The notes under the pieces are model-generated. The model was not told the origin of the DNA, ran no database searches, and was given only the letters and a program-made list of their open reading frames with translations. The translations under genes were made by a program, and so were the position numbers. Shown here in pieces: positions 37,629 to 50,160 of a DNA stretch of 64,000 nucleotides. The stretch is from Lama guanicoe (taxonomy: Eukaryota), in contig MU054323.1 of assembly GCA_013239625.1 (NCBI GenBank), positions 620,001 through 684,000 on the forward strand. Direction: 5' to 3'. Within the stretch, counting starts at the first letter, position 1; each line of letters opens with the position of its first letter.

Positions 37629-38084
37629 GTGAATGCGCGCGCACAGACCCAGCGCTCTGGGCTTTACACAGGCGGCTGCTCTCCTTCTGTTACTAACAAT
37701 GCCTGCTTCCCATTTCTTAAACATCTGCAAAATGAAACAAAACATTGTTCAGGATTTAAAGACTATCTGGGTGTATGTTTCTTCACAGAAAATTGGACTG
37801 GGACATCACAAAGGTTTGCAAATTTACATTATGATAGAAAGTGATTATGACTGTTGCTCGCTCTCCAGGAATCACTCTCGAAGGGGTGGGGCGAGGGGTG
37901 GGGAACCAGGCCAGGTTTTCTGTGTCAGCACAGGATGACGCTCTGCTAGCAAGGAATTAGAATCTGGAGCCTGTTGACTGTTTTCTTTCAGTGTTGGCGA
38001 AGCCAGAATTTATGTGTGGCAGGGAGAGGAAAGTGGGAAGAGAGACCATTTATTCAGTTATGGGGGAGAATCTATTATATATGG

Positions 38085-38480
38085 ATCCATCCATTCATTC
38101 ACTTGTCTATGTACCCATTCCTTTGCTCTATCTATGTATCAACACCCACCGTGTACCAAGCAGTGCTAGGCTATGAGGACATGACAGTGAAGAGGATAGA
38201 TTAGGTCTTTGCTCCCAGGAAACTCACACTCTTTGGAAAGATAGAAACTCAACAATTGATTGCAGAGTTAGTGCTGTTATTCTTGCTGTGCAGAAGAAGC
38301 ACAGGGAGCCAAGGACTCGAGTGAGTGGAGGGGAGAAGCCAGGGAGGCACCTGCAGGAATCAATGCATGGGCAACTCTGGGGGAAGCATGGAAGTCTTCA
38401 TGATGGGACATGGTTGAGGAAGTGCTTGCTAGGTGGAAGGGGCAACAGGTGCAAAGGCCCTGAGGCAGCCAGCATTCACA
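38085..38480 (-). mobile_element. LINE-2 3' end
   Basis: catccattcattcac...caccgtgtaccaagcagtgctagg...tgcaaaggccctgaggcag. Confidence 0.7.
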
Positions 38481-39931
38481 TTCTGGTCTTGCCACGCAAT
38501 AAACAGTAGTAACAATGATTGGTCCTTCCTTCTGAAACACTGTGCAGAAGGGTACATTTATTTTCTTCTTTCTACTAAAACAAGCATATAATGAGGGTTA
38601 CTCTATGCAATGAATCAGTTTGTCATAAAACTGAAGCTGGACTCCAACCAAGGAAACTCTTAGGGTTTAGATTAGGAAACTAGCAGAATCCCTGCTAACT
38701 CCTCCTATCCATCCCCCACCCCTCAGACACTCAGGACCAATCACCTTGTGTTCCCTCCACACAAGGGTCGACCTCTGATGGACGGGCCTTGAAAGTCTTC
38801 TATACCCATGCTTCTCAAATAATCTGTGATGACGGACCAGATCTTCACAAATCTGTTGTGAACTGATGCTTTTTAAAAGTACAATAAAAATGAATTACTA
38901 GGAAAATAATCATCCACTTTGCGATCACAACTGTATTGATCACTGTAGAATCTTCTAAAGGCTTACTCTCAATTTTTTTATTCATCTCATTGCAGATCAA
39001 TAACAGTTTGCAGACCAGGACTCCCCTTGAAGATCAGGACTATTTCTAACCTTCCAGTGTTGTTGCTTTGACCTTCGCCAGCCTATCATCCAGGAATACA
39101 TCTACAACTCTTGAAATTATTGACATTTCCTGATTGGGCCACCTCTTGGGCAAGAGGTTTCCCTGCATTCCTTCCCCACAGCAAGAAGCAGGATTTCCTT
39201 TCATAAACTTGCGTCTCTAAAACCCTAAGAGGCACTTATCTTAAGTCCTGGTATTTCCAGGGCTGGCAGGGTAATCCCAGGTGTCCTCTGTTTCCTGCCT
39301 CTTTTTCTCAAGACTTTGGTGTTAACGTAAAGGAGTGGGATTCTTAAAGCAGCAGACGTGGTGGGCTGGGAAATCTGGGCCGGGGAGTCTCAGCGTTCAC
39401 TCAGTGACTGAAGCGCGCGCGGAGCGGGAGGCATGTGTAAGCTGGTTGTTCTGTGGGTGGGCTGAGAGTCTGGGCTGCGAGTCTGGGCGGGGTCTCGAGC
39501 CCTGCTGGAGGGTGGGGAGAGAGACAAGCCAAGGCGAGAGACTGGCTGCAAGGCAGAGATGTACGGAGTTCCCTGGAGGAACTCCCTTTAGGCAGGTGGA
39601 CCGTGGGCTTCTGCAGTGCAGGCATCAGGAATTTAGGGCTGTGAATCAAAAGCAGACCCAGACGGCTCTGAGAGGAAGAAACCCAAGAGATGTCAACTCA
39701 ACCCCCATGACCCTCTTGCTTGCTCTTCTTCTATGTGTCTTTACCGTCTTGGAAGACCCTAGGGTTTAGTTGTCATCTCTGATCTTCTGACTCTGCACTC
39801 TCCCCCTAGATCACCGTGCCTACCCACATGGCTTCAATTACTTCATCAAAACCCATAACTCCCAAATCGTATCACTAACATATATTCTGCTCTGAGCTCC
39901 AGGTGCTTTATCAAACTAACCTCTAACTCCA

Positions 39932-40110
39932 TATGGTAGGTTGAATAATGTTCCCCCCAAAGATGTCCATGTCTTAATCCCCCAGCTTGTGAGTCTGTCA
40001 TTTTCACACGGTAGAACGAATGTAGCAGAAGGACCACGGCTCCACCAACATCATGATTTTAGACTATAAGACTCATTTCACACTTCTGCTGTCTAGAACT
40101 GTGGGGTAAA
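39932..40110 (+). mobile_element. Internally deleted MLT1C/D-like LTR
   Basis: tggtaggttgaataatgttccccccaaagatgtccatgtcttaatccc...cttctgctgtctagaactgt. Confidence 0.65.
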
Positions 40111-40474
40111 TCACTCATAATGTGTTCTGCTCAGTGTGACAAAAAGTGGGGTACAAGATGGCAGTAGGGGGTATGAGGTCTCTGGGGCCGAACCATAAAG
40201 GCTGGGAACACCATGCTAAGGACCCCAGTCGGGCCACATCCTTCCCACTGGCCTAGGAAGGCAAGGAGCTTCCTCTCCTGCCTGATCTCCACTCGCTTTC
40301 CCAGCATGCAGTCCATTTAACAGTGAGGGTAGAGGGTGTGAATCCTGACCAATTAGGTCAGAGGCTAGTCGTAAACAGCTGGCATATCCTAAGTGCAGAT
40401 TATGCCAGCTTCTGGCCCAGTACATGGTGACCCTCACTCCAAGGGTATGGGGACACTAGAAACGAACTGATTTT

Positions 40475-40627
40475 TTTTTAAGTTGTACACTTTATAAACT
40501 TTGTAAACTTTTTTTTTAATTGATTTATAGTCATTTTACAATGTTGTGTCAAATTCCAGTGCAGAGCACAATTTTTCAGTTATACATGAACATACATACA
40601 TTCATTATCACATTCTCTTTCGCTGAG
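40475..40627 (-). mobile_element. Young 5'-truncated LINE-1 3' end (same family as 16991-17119)
   Basis: Reverse complement of the 16991 element; TSD agaaa(c/g)gaactgatttt at 40458-40474 and 40628-40644 (16/17). Confidence 0.88.
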
Positions 40628-40654
40628 AGAAAGGAACTGATTTTGTTATGTCTT

Positions 40655-40744
40655 TTTCCTTTTTTTAAATGGAGGCATTGGGAATTGAAACCAGGACCTC
40701 TTGGATGCTAAGCACGTGCTGTACCACTGAGCTACACTCACCCC
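40655..40744 (-). mobile_element. tRNA-derived SINE (camelid Vic-1-like)
   Basis: Antisense tagctcagtggtacagcacgtgcttagcatcc...gtcctggtttcaattccc; TSD atgtctt at 40648-40654 and 40748-40754. Confidence 0.85.
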
Positions 40745-40859
40745 ATCATGTCTTAAGAGCAGAAGAAGGTTGGGAGCAGCTGTCTTCAGGAATTAATCCT
40801 GCTCATTAAAGAACTTTGGCACGAAGAGAGGAGGGAACATGGCTCAGACAAGGATCAGG

Positions 40860-41030
40860 GGCTTGAGTTCAAAATCTGATGTTACCATTAACAGACCCAC
40901 CCGGGGACACTGAGAAATTAGTTTTCCCTCTTGGAACTCCCACTCCTTACCTGTACATGGAGTTAATCATACATGTGCTACAAAGATTGCTGTGAGGTTC
41001 AAATGAGAGCAGGTCTAGGAAAGTGTCTTA
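40860..41030 (+). mobile_element. MIR SINE
   Basis: cttgagttcaaaatctg...gattgctgtgaggttcaaatgaga. Confidence 0.55.
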
Positions 41031-41424
41031 TTTATATGTTACTATTTATAACCATATATGAAAAACAAACACAAACAAACAAACAAAGCACAAAATCAGC
41101 AAAATGTCCAAAGCAACTACTGAACGGTCTTAGTTCTGAAAGACACATCACTTTGGGGGGACCCGCTTTAGAGACTGTTCATTCCTTACCAGAGGATGGC
41201 TGGAGCCTCACAGACAGTCATCTCAAGTCTTTCAGTTGTTTCTCTGTGGATATAGTGCCTCCTCTTGCCTTGTATAACACCAGTTTCTCCTGATGAACAC
41301 ATTGAAACATTATCCATTAAACTGGTCTACTGGCAAGGGAGGATTTATTACCTCATCCCTTCCCCACCCCCCACCATCACTGCCACCACCCACACATATC
41401 TCTCCCTCTCTCTATTTTGGGGAT

Positions 41425-41615
41425 CAGAGGTCTGCACACTACTGCTTGTGGACCAGATCCAGCCAACGGTTTGTTTTTTCATGGTCTCTGGAATAAGAAT
41501 GGCCTTTACATTTTAAAGCATTATAAACACAAATATACTAAAGAGATTGCATGTGGCCCACAAAACCTAAAATACTTACTATCTGGTCCTTTATAGAAAA
41601 AGTTTACTAAACCCG
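41425..41615 (+). mobile_element. MER58-family hAT DNA transposon
   Basis: cagaggtctgcacact...cacaaaacctaaaatacttactatctggtcctttatagaaaaagttt. Confidence 0.75.
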
Positions 41616-41883
41616 TCTCTATCCTTCCAGTGTAGTAGTTTGAGAATTAACAAAATCAGCAGTAATTTTTTATCTTGTTATGATTAAGTAAATGTTGCTA
41701 ATTACAGACCCAAGTAATGGACTACGATAATATTCCCTTACCTGTGTATTTTTAAAATCTGGTGTTACTAATTGCCTTGTTTGCTCACCTGTCCAGTTTT
41801 CCATTTTCCTCAGTCTTTGCTAGGCTCTATGCAATGTATCAAGTGTCTATTAACATTACTTGTAAAATCCCAAGAATTTCATA

Positions 41884-42040
41884 TGTTATGGGCCAGACGT
41901 TTGTGTCTCCCCAAAATCTGCATGTTAAAGCCATCACCCCTAATGTGATAGCATTTGGAAGTGGGGACTTTAGGAGGTAAGCCAGTCATGGAGCCCTCAT
42001 GAACGGAATTGGTGCTCTTAAAAGAATAGGCAGAGAAAAA
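41884..42040 (+). mobile_element. MLT1A-like LTR 5' fragment
   Basis: tgttatggg...tttgtgtctccccaaaat...taatgtgatagcatttggaagtgggg...ggagccctcatgaa; homologous to 22322-22670. Confidence 0.75.
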
Positions 42041-42694
42041 TAATCTTCCTTCTCTGCAACTTTTTATTCAGTTTTCAATTTTGTTGAAATCTATTATTTG
42101 TTTAACGTTTTCTCTCCTGGTCTCTTGTCAATGTGGGTTTATATTCGTTCCTACCTTAGTTACTGTTTTAGTTGGAGAGTAAATTAAGACATGTGATCAA
42201 TATATCATGCTTAACTCTAGATCCAAGTGCTGTAGGCTCTCTAGGGAGTGTTAAGTATAAGAAAAGAAGTGGGGAGTGTATGCTATGAGAGAGCCAAGGA
42301 TTTTTCCTCTGGTAATAATCATGGAAGATTTCATGGGAAAAGGGATACTCGAGCTCAACTTGAAGGATTGCTATTAATTGGACAGGGGGACATGGGCAGG
42401 GGAAGCAATACAGGCAGTGGAAAGAGCAGGAGCAGAGGCCCATCTGGAGGGAAAGTATGGGGCACTCAGAACAGCATCCCCGACCACTGCCTGATTTGTC
42501 TGGAACCTTCAACTTAGCTGCTCATTCCAGGAAGGGGCAGGGCACAGATGAAAGATGGGACTGAGAAAAAAATTCTTCTGAACAGCAGGAAGGAGAAGAG
42601 GTGACTCGTGTTTCAAGGAATACTAATCTATAGGCCTAAGGAGTGAGTTGGTAAGGAGCAGCTCATAGCAGAGACGTTCAGAAATGGTAGTGTC

Positions 42695-43623
42695 TGCGAT
42701 GCTGTGATTTATAAGAAATACATATTTGGTCATTCAGCTGACCAAAATATATTTCTCATATATATTTGGCCTTCGTCCATGGTACCTGGTTCACAGCTCC
42801 CAAGACCTTTGGAATTTCCTAGGTGATAAGACCATCTTTGGGCATAATATTTGCTCTCTTGTCCTCGGTTCTTGAAATTGCTTCAGAACCTGAAAGGTGA
42901 AATAGGTGTCTTGTTATTCACAAAAAGCCCTTTTCCAATGCAAGAGGGTTTATGTTAATGAGGTGACTCATGGAAAACACCTACCATTGGGGCTGGTTAC
43001 CCGGGGAACCAACCTTGAATGAAGGGCTGAAATTTTCAGCTTTACTCTCTGACCTCTGGGGAGAGGGGAGAAGCTGGAGGTTGAACTCAATCACCAATGG
43101 CCAATGATTCAATCAATCATGTCCATGTAATGAAGCCTCTATAAAACCCTGAAAAGATAGGGCTCGTGAGCTCCTGGGTTGGTGAACATGTGATTTGGAG
43201 AGAGTAGAACATTCTGAGAGGGTATGGAAGCTCTATGCCCTTCCCCCCTATCTTGCCCCATAGATCTCTCCCTGAGCTACGCTCTAACACCTCAGTAAGC
43301 TGGTAAGTAAAATGTTCCTTAGTTCTGTGAGCTGCTCTAGCAAATTAATTAAACCCACGGAGGGGTCATGGGAACCTCCTCCAATCTACAGCAAGTGGGT
43401 CAGAAGCACAAGTGACACTGGGCTTGGGGCTCGTGTTTGAAGTTGGGGAGGAAAAATCCGGTAGGGCTGAGTCCTTAACCTGTGGGATCTGATGCTCTGG
43501 TAGATAGTATCAGGATTGAGTTGAATTGCAGGACACCCAGCTGGTGTCCCAACCATTGCTTGGTGGTATATGTGGGGAAAAAATATCACTTCCACCCATT
43601 ATAACTGGTGATCATAACTTTTA
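42695..43623 (+). mobile_element. MER21-like ERV solo LTR
   Basis: Hallmarks tatatttggcctt..., aatcaccaatggccaatgattcaatcaatcatg, taatgaagcctctataaaaccc; starts TG; candidate 5-bp TSD GTGTC at 42690-42694 and 43624-43628. Confidence 0.85.
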
Positions 43624-44189
43624 GTGTCTCAACATTTGCTCCAACAATTGGGTTGTTATTCTGCTCTGGGTCTGTGCTGGGGGATATTTAAGACTTGGTC
43701 CCTGCACTCATGGAACTCAGAGCCTGGGAAAGGTGGGTTGATGGATAGTCCAATGAGCATGACAAATATGGAGATTATTGTGACAGAGAAGGTCCCCTGA
43801 AGGAGAGAAGTTCAGAGGTTAGGAATCCCTGATGAGAGACACTTGGCTCAGAATGTTGTAGAAACCTACCTGATGAAAGGGTAGGGATATCTGAGTAGAT
43901 TCAACTCTTCTGTTAGTTGGATTAAATGGTTGCCTTTGGGTTTCCTGGAGTCTTATATAGGCCAAATAAGCCCATTTTTCTCTGTCAAGGGACCGCCTTG
44001 AGGTATCCTTCAAGCTTGGACTCTGCCCTTTGGACACCATTCAGCTCATCTACACATGTCAGAATGAACTTTATTCCCCAGGTGCGGGGCTCAAGGTTAA
44101 CAGAGAAACCAGCACTTCCCGAGTCTCATTAGGTGCCCCAAACTGTAATGTTTCTCACGCATCTATTTCATGAAATGCTCATTATAATT

Positions 44190-44340
44190 TTAGGAGCAAA
44201 CTAGATCCTTATATTGTTTCAACTTTATAAATGAAGAAACCTGAAGTTAGAGAAATGAAGTATCTTGTCAAAATGTCTGCCATGAGTGGTGGGGCCAGAA
44301 ACTGAACAGTGGTCTGTTTGAATCATGAGATTATACTCTC
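44190..44340 (-). mobile_element. MIR SINE
   Basis: actttataaatgaagaaacctgaagttagagaaatgaagtatcttgtc. Confidence 0.55.
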
Positions 44341-45359
44341 AAACGCTAAGATATATTGTGTCCCGTTTTCAGGGCAGCTGTAGGGTGTTAGGTGCCCTGT
44401 GTTCATACACTTCCACTGAGAGTTTAAAACCGGTTCCATCTCTGCCCTGGGTCAACCCTTTAAGGTAGGAGGTGTCTGGGTTCATACAGGGCAACCTCTA
44501 GTCCTGGGGCTTCAGGCAAATGTCACCGAAATGAACAAGAATCTCGCTCTAAGCCTTTCCCCAGAGCACAGAGCATGAAAGGCCCATAGAGAAGTGAGGA
44601 GTCTCTTCCTACTGCCCAAAGTTCTGCGCTGGTTAATGAAACCGGTGAACAGGAGGGGCCACTGGCCCCTGAGGTTTATTTGGCCGTCTTTGAGCAGATC
44701 CAACTGTAGGCACGCCAGACAGAGGCCACAAACCTCAAGGCTGAGGCCCCACTGATCCCGCTGCTTCTGGACGGCCCCACAAGGCCGACAGACCCGGTGG
44801 CCTCAGGAAGAGTTATGAGCTTTGGCATCCTGTAGTGCAAGGAACAGGCATCTTCCCTCAGCCAACTGCCCTCGACTTGCTGAAAGCATGATTCATGATT
44901 CATGAGAACCCTCTCTTTCTTCAGAGGGATGCTCTGGCTTTGTTTCGAGCCCAGGAATAAGTTGGCCACAATCAACTCCCCTGAAGAAGTGGTTTCCCTA
45001 CCACATAACTCTTCCTTCTGAGGACAATGGTTGTTTTTTTTTTTCAATGTGGTCAAGGGGAAGTTGAACCAAAGGAAAAACTGAGCCCATGCTGATAAAA
45101 CAGCAAGGTTATCAAGGGACTGCCAGGCATGGGAGCTGTAGCACCCTCGCCTTGTGGTGACTTCAGGAACACCCTTCGTATTGGCTTCCTAACTGCCCTT
45201 CAGCATGGAAGTGTCCCCCACACTACTCCCCAACTTTCTCTATAACCCACATAAATATGATTCATAATGTTGCATTTACTCAGGGAGATGACCGTCCCCT
45301 TTCTGGGGGCAGCCTGATGTGGCATTGTGGAAGCTACTGTGACTTGGAGAAGCTACCAG

Positions 45360-45550
45360 TGTTGGTTACTGAATGTCTACTGTGTGCCAAAGAACTAGAC
45401 TAGACCCTTGTGTTTGTTCTCCCATTGAATCCCCACCAAACTCTGCCAGGAGAGTAGCATTTGTCTATTTTTAGAAACAGGTTCAAAGAGTTAGGCAAAT
45501 TTCTTAAGGTAACAGAGTTACAGAGCTGGAATTGAACTAGGACAGTTGGA
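45360..45550 (-). mobile_element. MIR SINE
   Basis: ttactgaatgtctactgtgtgcca...aaacaggttcaaagagttaggcaaatttcttaaggtaacagag. Confidence 0.6.
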
Positions 45551-45679
45551 CACGAAGGAATGTCCTTCGGCTGTCCCCTAAACGTCTCTGTCTATTTTAA
45601 TATATGAACCAGGTCTCAGAGAAAAGAACATGAAACCTATGAATGGTTTTCTCTGGACATTTTGGTGGCCTGTTGATTG

Positions 45680-45828
45680 ACTGATTGATTGAAGTACAGT
45701 TGATTTACAATGTGATAATTTCTGGTGTACAGCATAGCGATTCAGGTATACATATATACATATTCTTTTTCATTATAAGTTATTATAAGATATTGAATAT
45801 AGTTCTCTATCTATTTTTTTGTATAGCA
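45680..45828 (-). mobile_element. Short LINE-1 3' end (artiodactyl type)
   Basis: ttgaagtacagttgatttacaatg...tacagcatagcgattcag...aagatattgaatatagttc; possible decayed TSD tggaca..ttggt.g at 45654 and 45831. Confidence 0.8.
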
Positions 45829-46187
45829 TTTGGACAAATTGGTAGTTTCCTCTAAATCAAAAGTTTAAAGATTTTCTGATTAAGAAACAAAGTTGCTTAG
45901 ATTTTTGGTCTCCAGGTGGGGAGCACTGCCCATCTAGCTGACACCTTCTCTTGCAGGGAGACCTCTTTGGGGTGGAGATGAAATACTGTGGGATAGGAGG
46001 AATATCCTTTCTTTCCAAACTAAGGGAAAAAGTGACCTGAGGCTGACCCTCAGCCCCTCTTCCTCCCCAGTCAATCAATGTGGGTCCCACAGAGTCTCCT
46101 GATTTCAGGATGCCATGTGTCCCTCACAAGTTAGTGCTGTTCTGGTCCTTACAGAGTGGGACACTCACCACTCTGAGAACAGCAGGA

Positions 46188-46232
46188 CCATCTTTAACCT
46201 CAACCCTCTCTCAGTGGTCCAGAGGGCCCCAG
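46188..46232 (+). repeat. 45-bp dispersed direct repeat, copy 1
   Basis: ccatctttaacctcaaccctctctcagtggtccagagggccccag; 44/45 identical to 48165-48209. Confidence 0.9.
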
Positions 46233-46772
46233 AGATCACCTCACTCACCTTCTAGGTATGGCCTGAGTCTACTCCTATCTTACCGACTTCACAGGAGAAA
46301 AGAATACTTACTCCTATGGGCACATTTTTTTTTGTATTAATTCTATTAGACAAATTAACTAGACAAGTATTTTTTGTCTCATGTAATTGGCACACACAGA
46401 CATGATGCAAATGGTCTTTAGGAATCTGGGAAATTATTAGAGCATCCTTTTTTTCCTTTTTAAAGTTTTATTGGATATGGTATTTTAAACCACATGTTAA
46501 CAAGGTAGATATGAGTGTTATTTTAAAAAAGAATATACAAATATAGGTATATATGAATATACAAATGAATATAAAAGCACCTAATCAAACAGGTTTTTAA
46601 ACTGATAAATGTAAATGATCATAAAAACTTCAAGACAACTATAATCTAATGGGGGAGACAGATGTGACCAGAATGCAGTGCAAAGTACCACTGGAAAGAT
46701 TAAAACACTATATTTGTGCCTGGACCTGGGGAAGGGGCATAAAAGGTGCAGAAAGGAAAGGCTATTATTAGA

Positions 46773-46821
<49 letters not shown>
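46773..46821. repeat. (TAT)n microsatellite
   Basis: Uninterrupted run of about 16 units. Confidence 0.95.
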
Positions 46822-46823
<2 letters not shown>

Positions 46824-47269
46824 TAGTAACAGTAGCATTAGATAACCAAATTGGACATTTGAATTGTCATTAACCATTATTATGGTTAATTAATTAGGTA
46901 TTATTATTAATAGTGCTATTTAGATATATTTATTTGAATTTCCTATCTTCCCTCTTCTTTTTATAGGATTTTGGAGTATCTTAGAAGTTGCATCTAGAAC
47001 ACTGTTTCTCAGGATAGAATTACTCTGTACAGTGAAGATCTGACAATGCCAGCATTCTTCCCACATTCCCCTAACAAAGTCTCCTCCTACTGCCCACAGT
47101 TTGGGGTCTGAGAAGGGGGTGGTCGGGGTTGCAGGTGGGGGTCCAGACCTCATGCTCCTCTCTCTGCAGTGTGATCCTCTTTCCTCTTGTCCTTCACTGA
47201 GAGAATCGATGGCTTGTCCATCCTCTTCTTGGAGTCAACCTAGGGTTCTCTCACTCCCTCCTCACCGAT

Positions 47270-47900
47270 CTCCACACATCTGCAGGTATCAGCTCTCGAG
47301 TCTACCTCCTAAATAATCTGTCTGTTGCCTCTTCTACCTCTGCTGGTATAGCCTTACTTCTGTCCACCATCATTTATTGCCTGGAGCATCATGAAAGCTT
47401 TCTAACCTTTCTCCCTGCTTCCACAATCACCTCTTCTAGTCAATCTCCATTCTACAGAGTAAACTTCCTGAAGCACAAATGAGATCCAGTCACTCCTGTT
47501 GTTGAACTATCCCTCATCAGTCCCTCATTTCCTCACTTGGTAAACCACGCCCTGCACAGTCTGACCTCTAGCCTGAGTTTCCATCACTTTCTGCCTTGCT
47601 GCTTATGTTCCAGTTGTACCATGGCATTGACTTGTTTCTAGACCTTTCTGCAAAATGCCCCATGCACCCTTCCCTTTCTTTCTCTTTTACTTGATCTTTC
47701 TTGTCCTACCAAGTCTTGTTCCATGTTATCTTTGTGGACCATAGAAGAGCTGAGCACATCCTCTCCTGTGTGCAAAATGTACCACAGCTATTATTAATCT
47801 GTTGTTGCTATATATTTACATATATATCTACCCTATTAGACTGAGAGCTCCTTGAGGGTTAGGGACCATGTCCTATTATTATACTTTCTACCCCAGCAGC
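47270..47900 (+). mobile_element. LINE-2 3' portion
   Basis: Ends in ttagactgagagctccttgagggttagggaccatgtc, the L2 terminal motif. Confidence 0.8.
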
Positions 47901-48164
47901 TCCATACAGCTCTGAGTATCCCAAAAGCTCAGCCAGATTCCTTCCTCCACTGCAGAGCATGACCCATGAGCCATGGCATTCCCCTCACTGGGAAGTCTAA
48001 GGGCACTCTGACAGGTAACGACTATTATTTTATCCAAACATGACTGGCTTACCGTCAATGTCACTCCATTAAGGGCTGAGAAATGCGCTGCTTTAGAACT
48101 GGAAACAAGGCCTCATAGATGAAGCATCTAAATGCTGGTCAAAGCAGCACTCATTCACAGTTCT

Positions 48165-48209
48165 CCATCTTTAACCTCAACCCTCTCTCAGTGGTCCAGA
48201 GAGCCCCAG
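48165..48209 (+). repeat. 45-bp dispersed direct repeat, copy 2
   Basis: ccatctttaacctcaaccctctctcagtggtccagagagccccag. Confidence 0.9.
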
Positions 48210-49994
48210 GTATATGTGGGAATAGTAAACACTGCTGGATTCACCTGGTGCATGTATGAAAGGGAGAAGGAATCCAGCAATGCTGAGATGCATCTCACAG
48301 ATTCACACATTCTGTGGATCCGAGAGCAAAGCTACTTGGAGTGAAACCCAACAGGTACTCGGGTGAAGACAGAGAGGAGCTACCTGTGATTTGGCTGCAT
48401 CCCTAGGTCATCACCAGGATAAGGTGGTTAAGATCCGTTTTGCACCTGCTCTGTCCCTTTCTATTTCTCTTCAGATTCTCATGTGTATTCTTTCTTCCTT
48501 CCACTTAGTCACTCAGTCCTCAGAGGCAGGTCCGCTCCTCTATGTTGCTTTTATCCTTAACTCCAGCCAAGGAGAGAGAGATGGAGCTAGAGGAGGAAGA
48601 AGCTAAGGCCAAGAAAGGGGAGCCTCCTTTGCTGGCTAGTTCTCATGCCTAGACTCAGTTGTAAGGCTTTCAGAAATTTACTAGCAAGGACAAGAGATTG
48701 ACCGATGCTCTGAGCAATCAGCCCGAGTTGCTGGAGAAGACAGATGTCCCTGGCCCTAGTTGTAAGTCAGTGGCTGGGAGACTACTGCATAATTCCTTCC
48801 CTCAGGCTTCATCCATGGAATGGAGAGTCTATGTCATCTGAAGGTAGTAAGCTCTCTGCAGCTTGCAGGGCTGTTGGCTGAGCCCTGTTATCTGGTTGGC
48901 TGCACTAAGAGCAAGAAAAGGATCTTGGCTGGACTTAGGACTTCTGCGTATGGTTGTGCAATTGCACTCTGCCCGACCTTAGGAGATGCCAATAGCTTAA
49001 ATGCTCTATGATGATAATCACATAAACCCTAATGTAAATGGTGCCCCTGGAGTTGAGCAATGCACAATCTACATAACAGTGACGGGCAGCCCTGCCTAGG
49101 GAGAGCCTCGGATGCGCCAGAGCAACCCTGGACCTCCTGTAATGTAACTTCCATGGCTTAATTGGATGAGTTAATTTCCAGTTGGAAAGGATACATACAC
49201 ATAAACTCTGGGGACCTTCTCTTCTAAAATGAAAACCGGGACCCATGTTTGACAAGAAAGTTTTCCTGGGAGATCCCAAGAACTGATGTTATTAGTGTGT
49301 GTAACAAAATCCCAAAGAACAGGACAATTTAAAGAAAGTTGTTGTTGCATTGGGGTTTGGGGGGGCGCTGGGAAAAAGAGTAGGAATGGTTATTAGTCAC
49401 TATTTTTGGAGTGTTGGAGCTAGTGGATAACAAGGATCCACCACTGCATGAAAAGTGGGGGAACAGGGACACCACAACCCAGACCTCCACCCTCTGCCAA
49501 GCCGGGCGGAGTTCCTGGTCTTGCCCCTGGATCTAAGGAAAGCCTCCAGCCAGCTGGGCAGAGGAAGTAGGTTTGCTTCTGACTGGCATCTCCCAGCCCA
49601 AGTGTGTCCATAACAGAGCGTGCTCTTTTGGCCTGGCCGTGACTCAGGCCCCCACCCAGGTCCTTCTGCCCATCTGAATCTCCGCCTTTTCTTTTCTCAG
49701 TCTGAGCAACCTCTGTGTGATTTCATCTTCTCTCATGGCTTCCACTACAAGACATAAACTAATAATTTCCACAGCCGACCTTATCTCCAGCTGGGGTTTC
49801 TCCTCTGAGCTTCGGTCCCACACTTCTAATCACCCAATGGGCATCTCAGGTTGAATGTGCTATACTCAAGCCTCATTCCCCAAACCCACTTTATCCAGGT
49901 AAATTGCTATCTTATTCTCTGCCTGTTTGTGAACAATTGGTTCTCAACTTGGAGGTGAACTGATGAAAGAGACATGATTAATATCAACCCTTAA

Positions 49995-50160
49995 ACACTT
50001 AATACTCCCATTTTATAGATGGGGAAAAATGAGACCCAAGGCTAATGTACACTGAATCCAGAAAGTAAAGTCTCACACCAGCCCATTCATATTTAAGTAA
50101 CAGAACTGAGATCTAAACCTACATATTTATGAAGCCCAAACCTATGATTTTTTACTATAG
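49995..50160 (-). mobile_element. MIR SINE
   Basis: ctcccattttatagatggggaaaaatgagacccaag. Confidence 0.6.
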
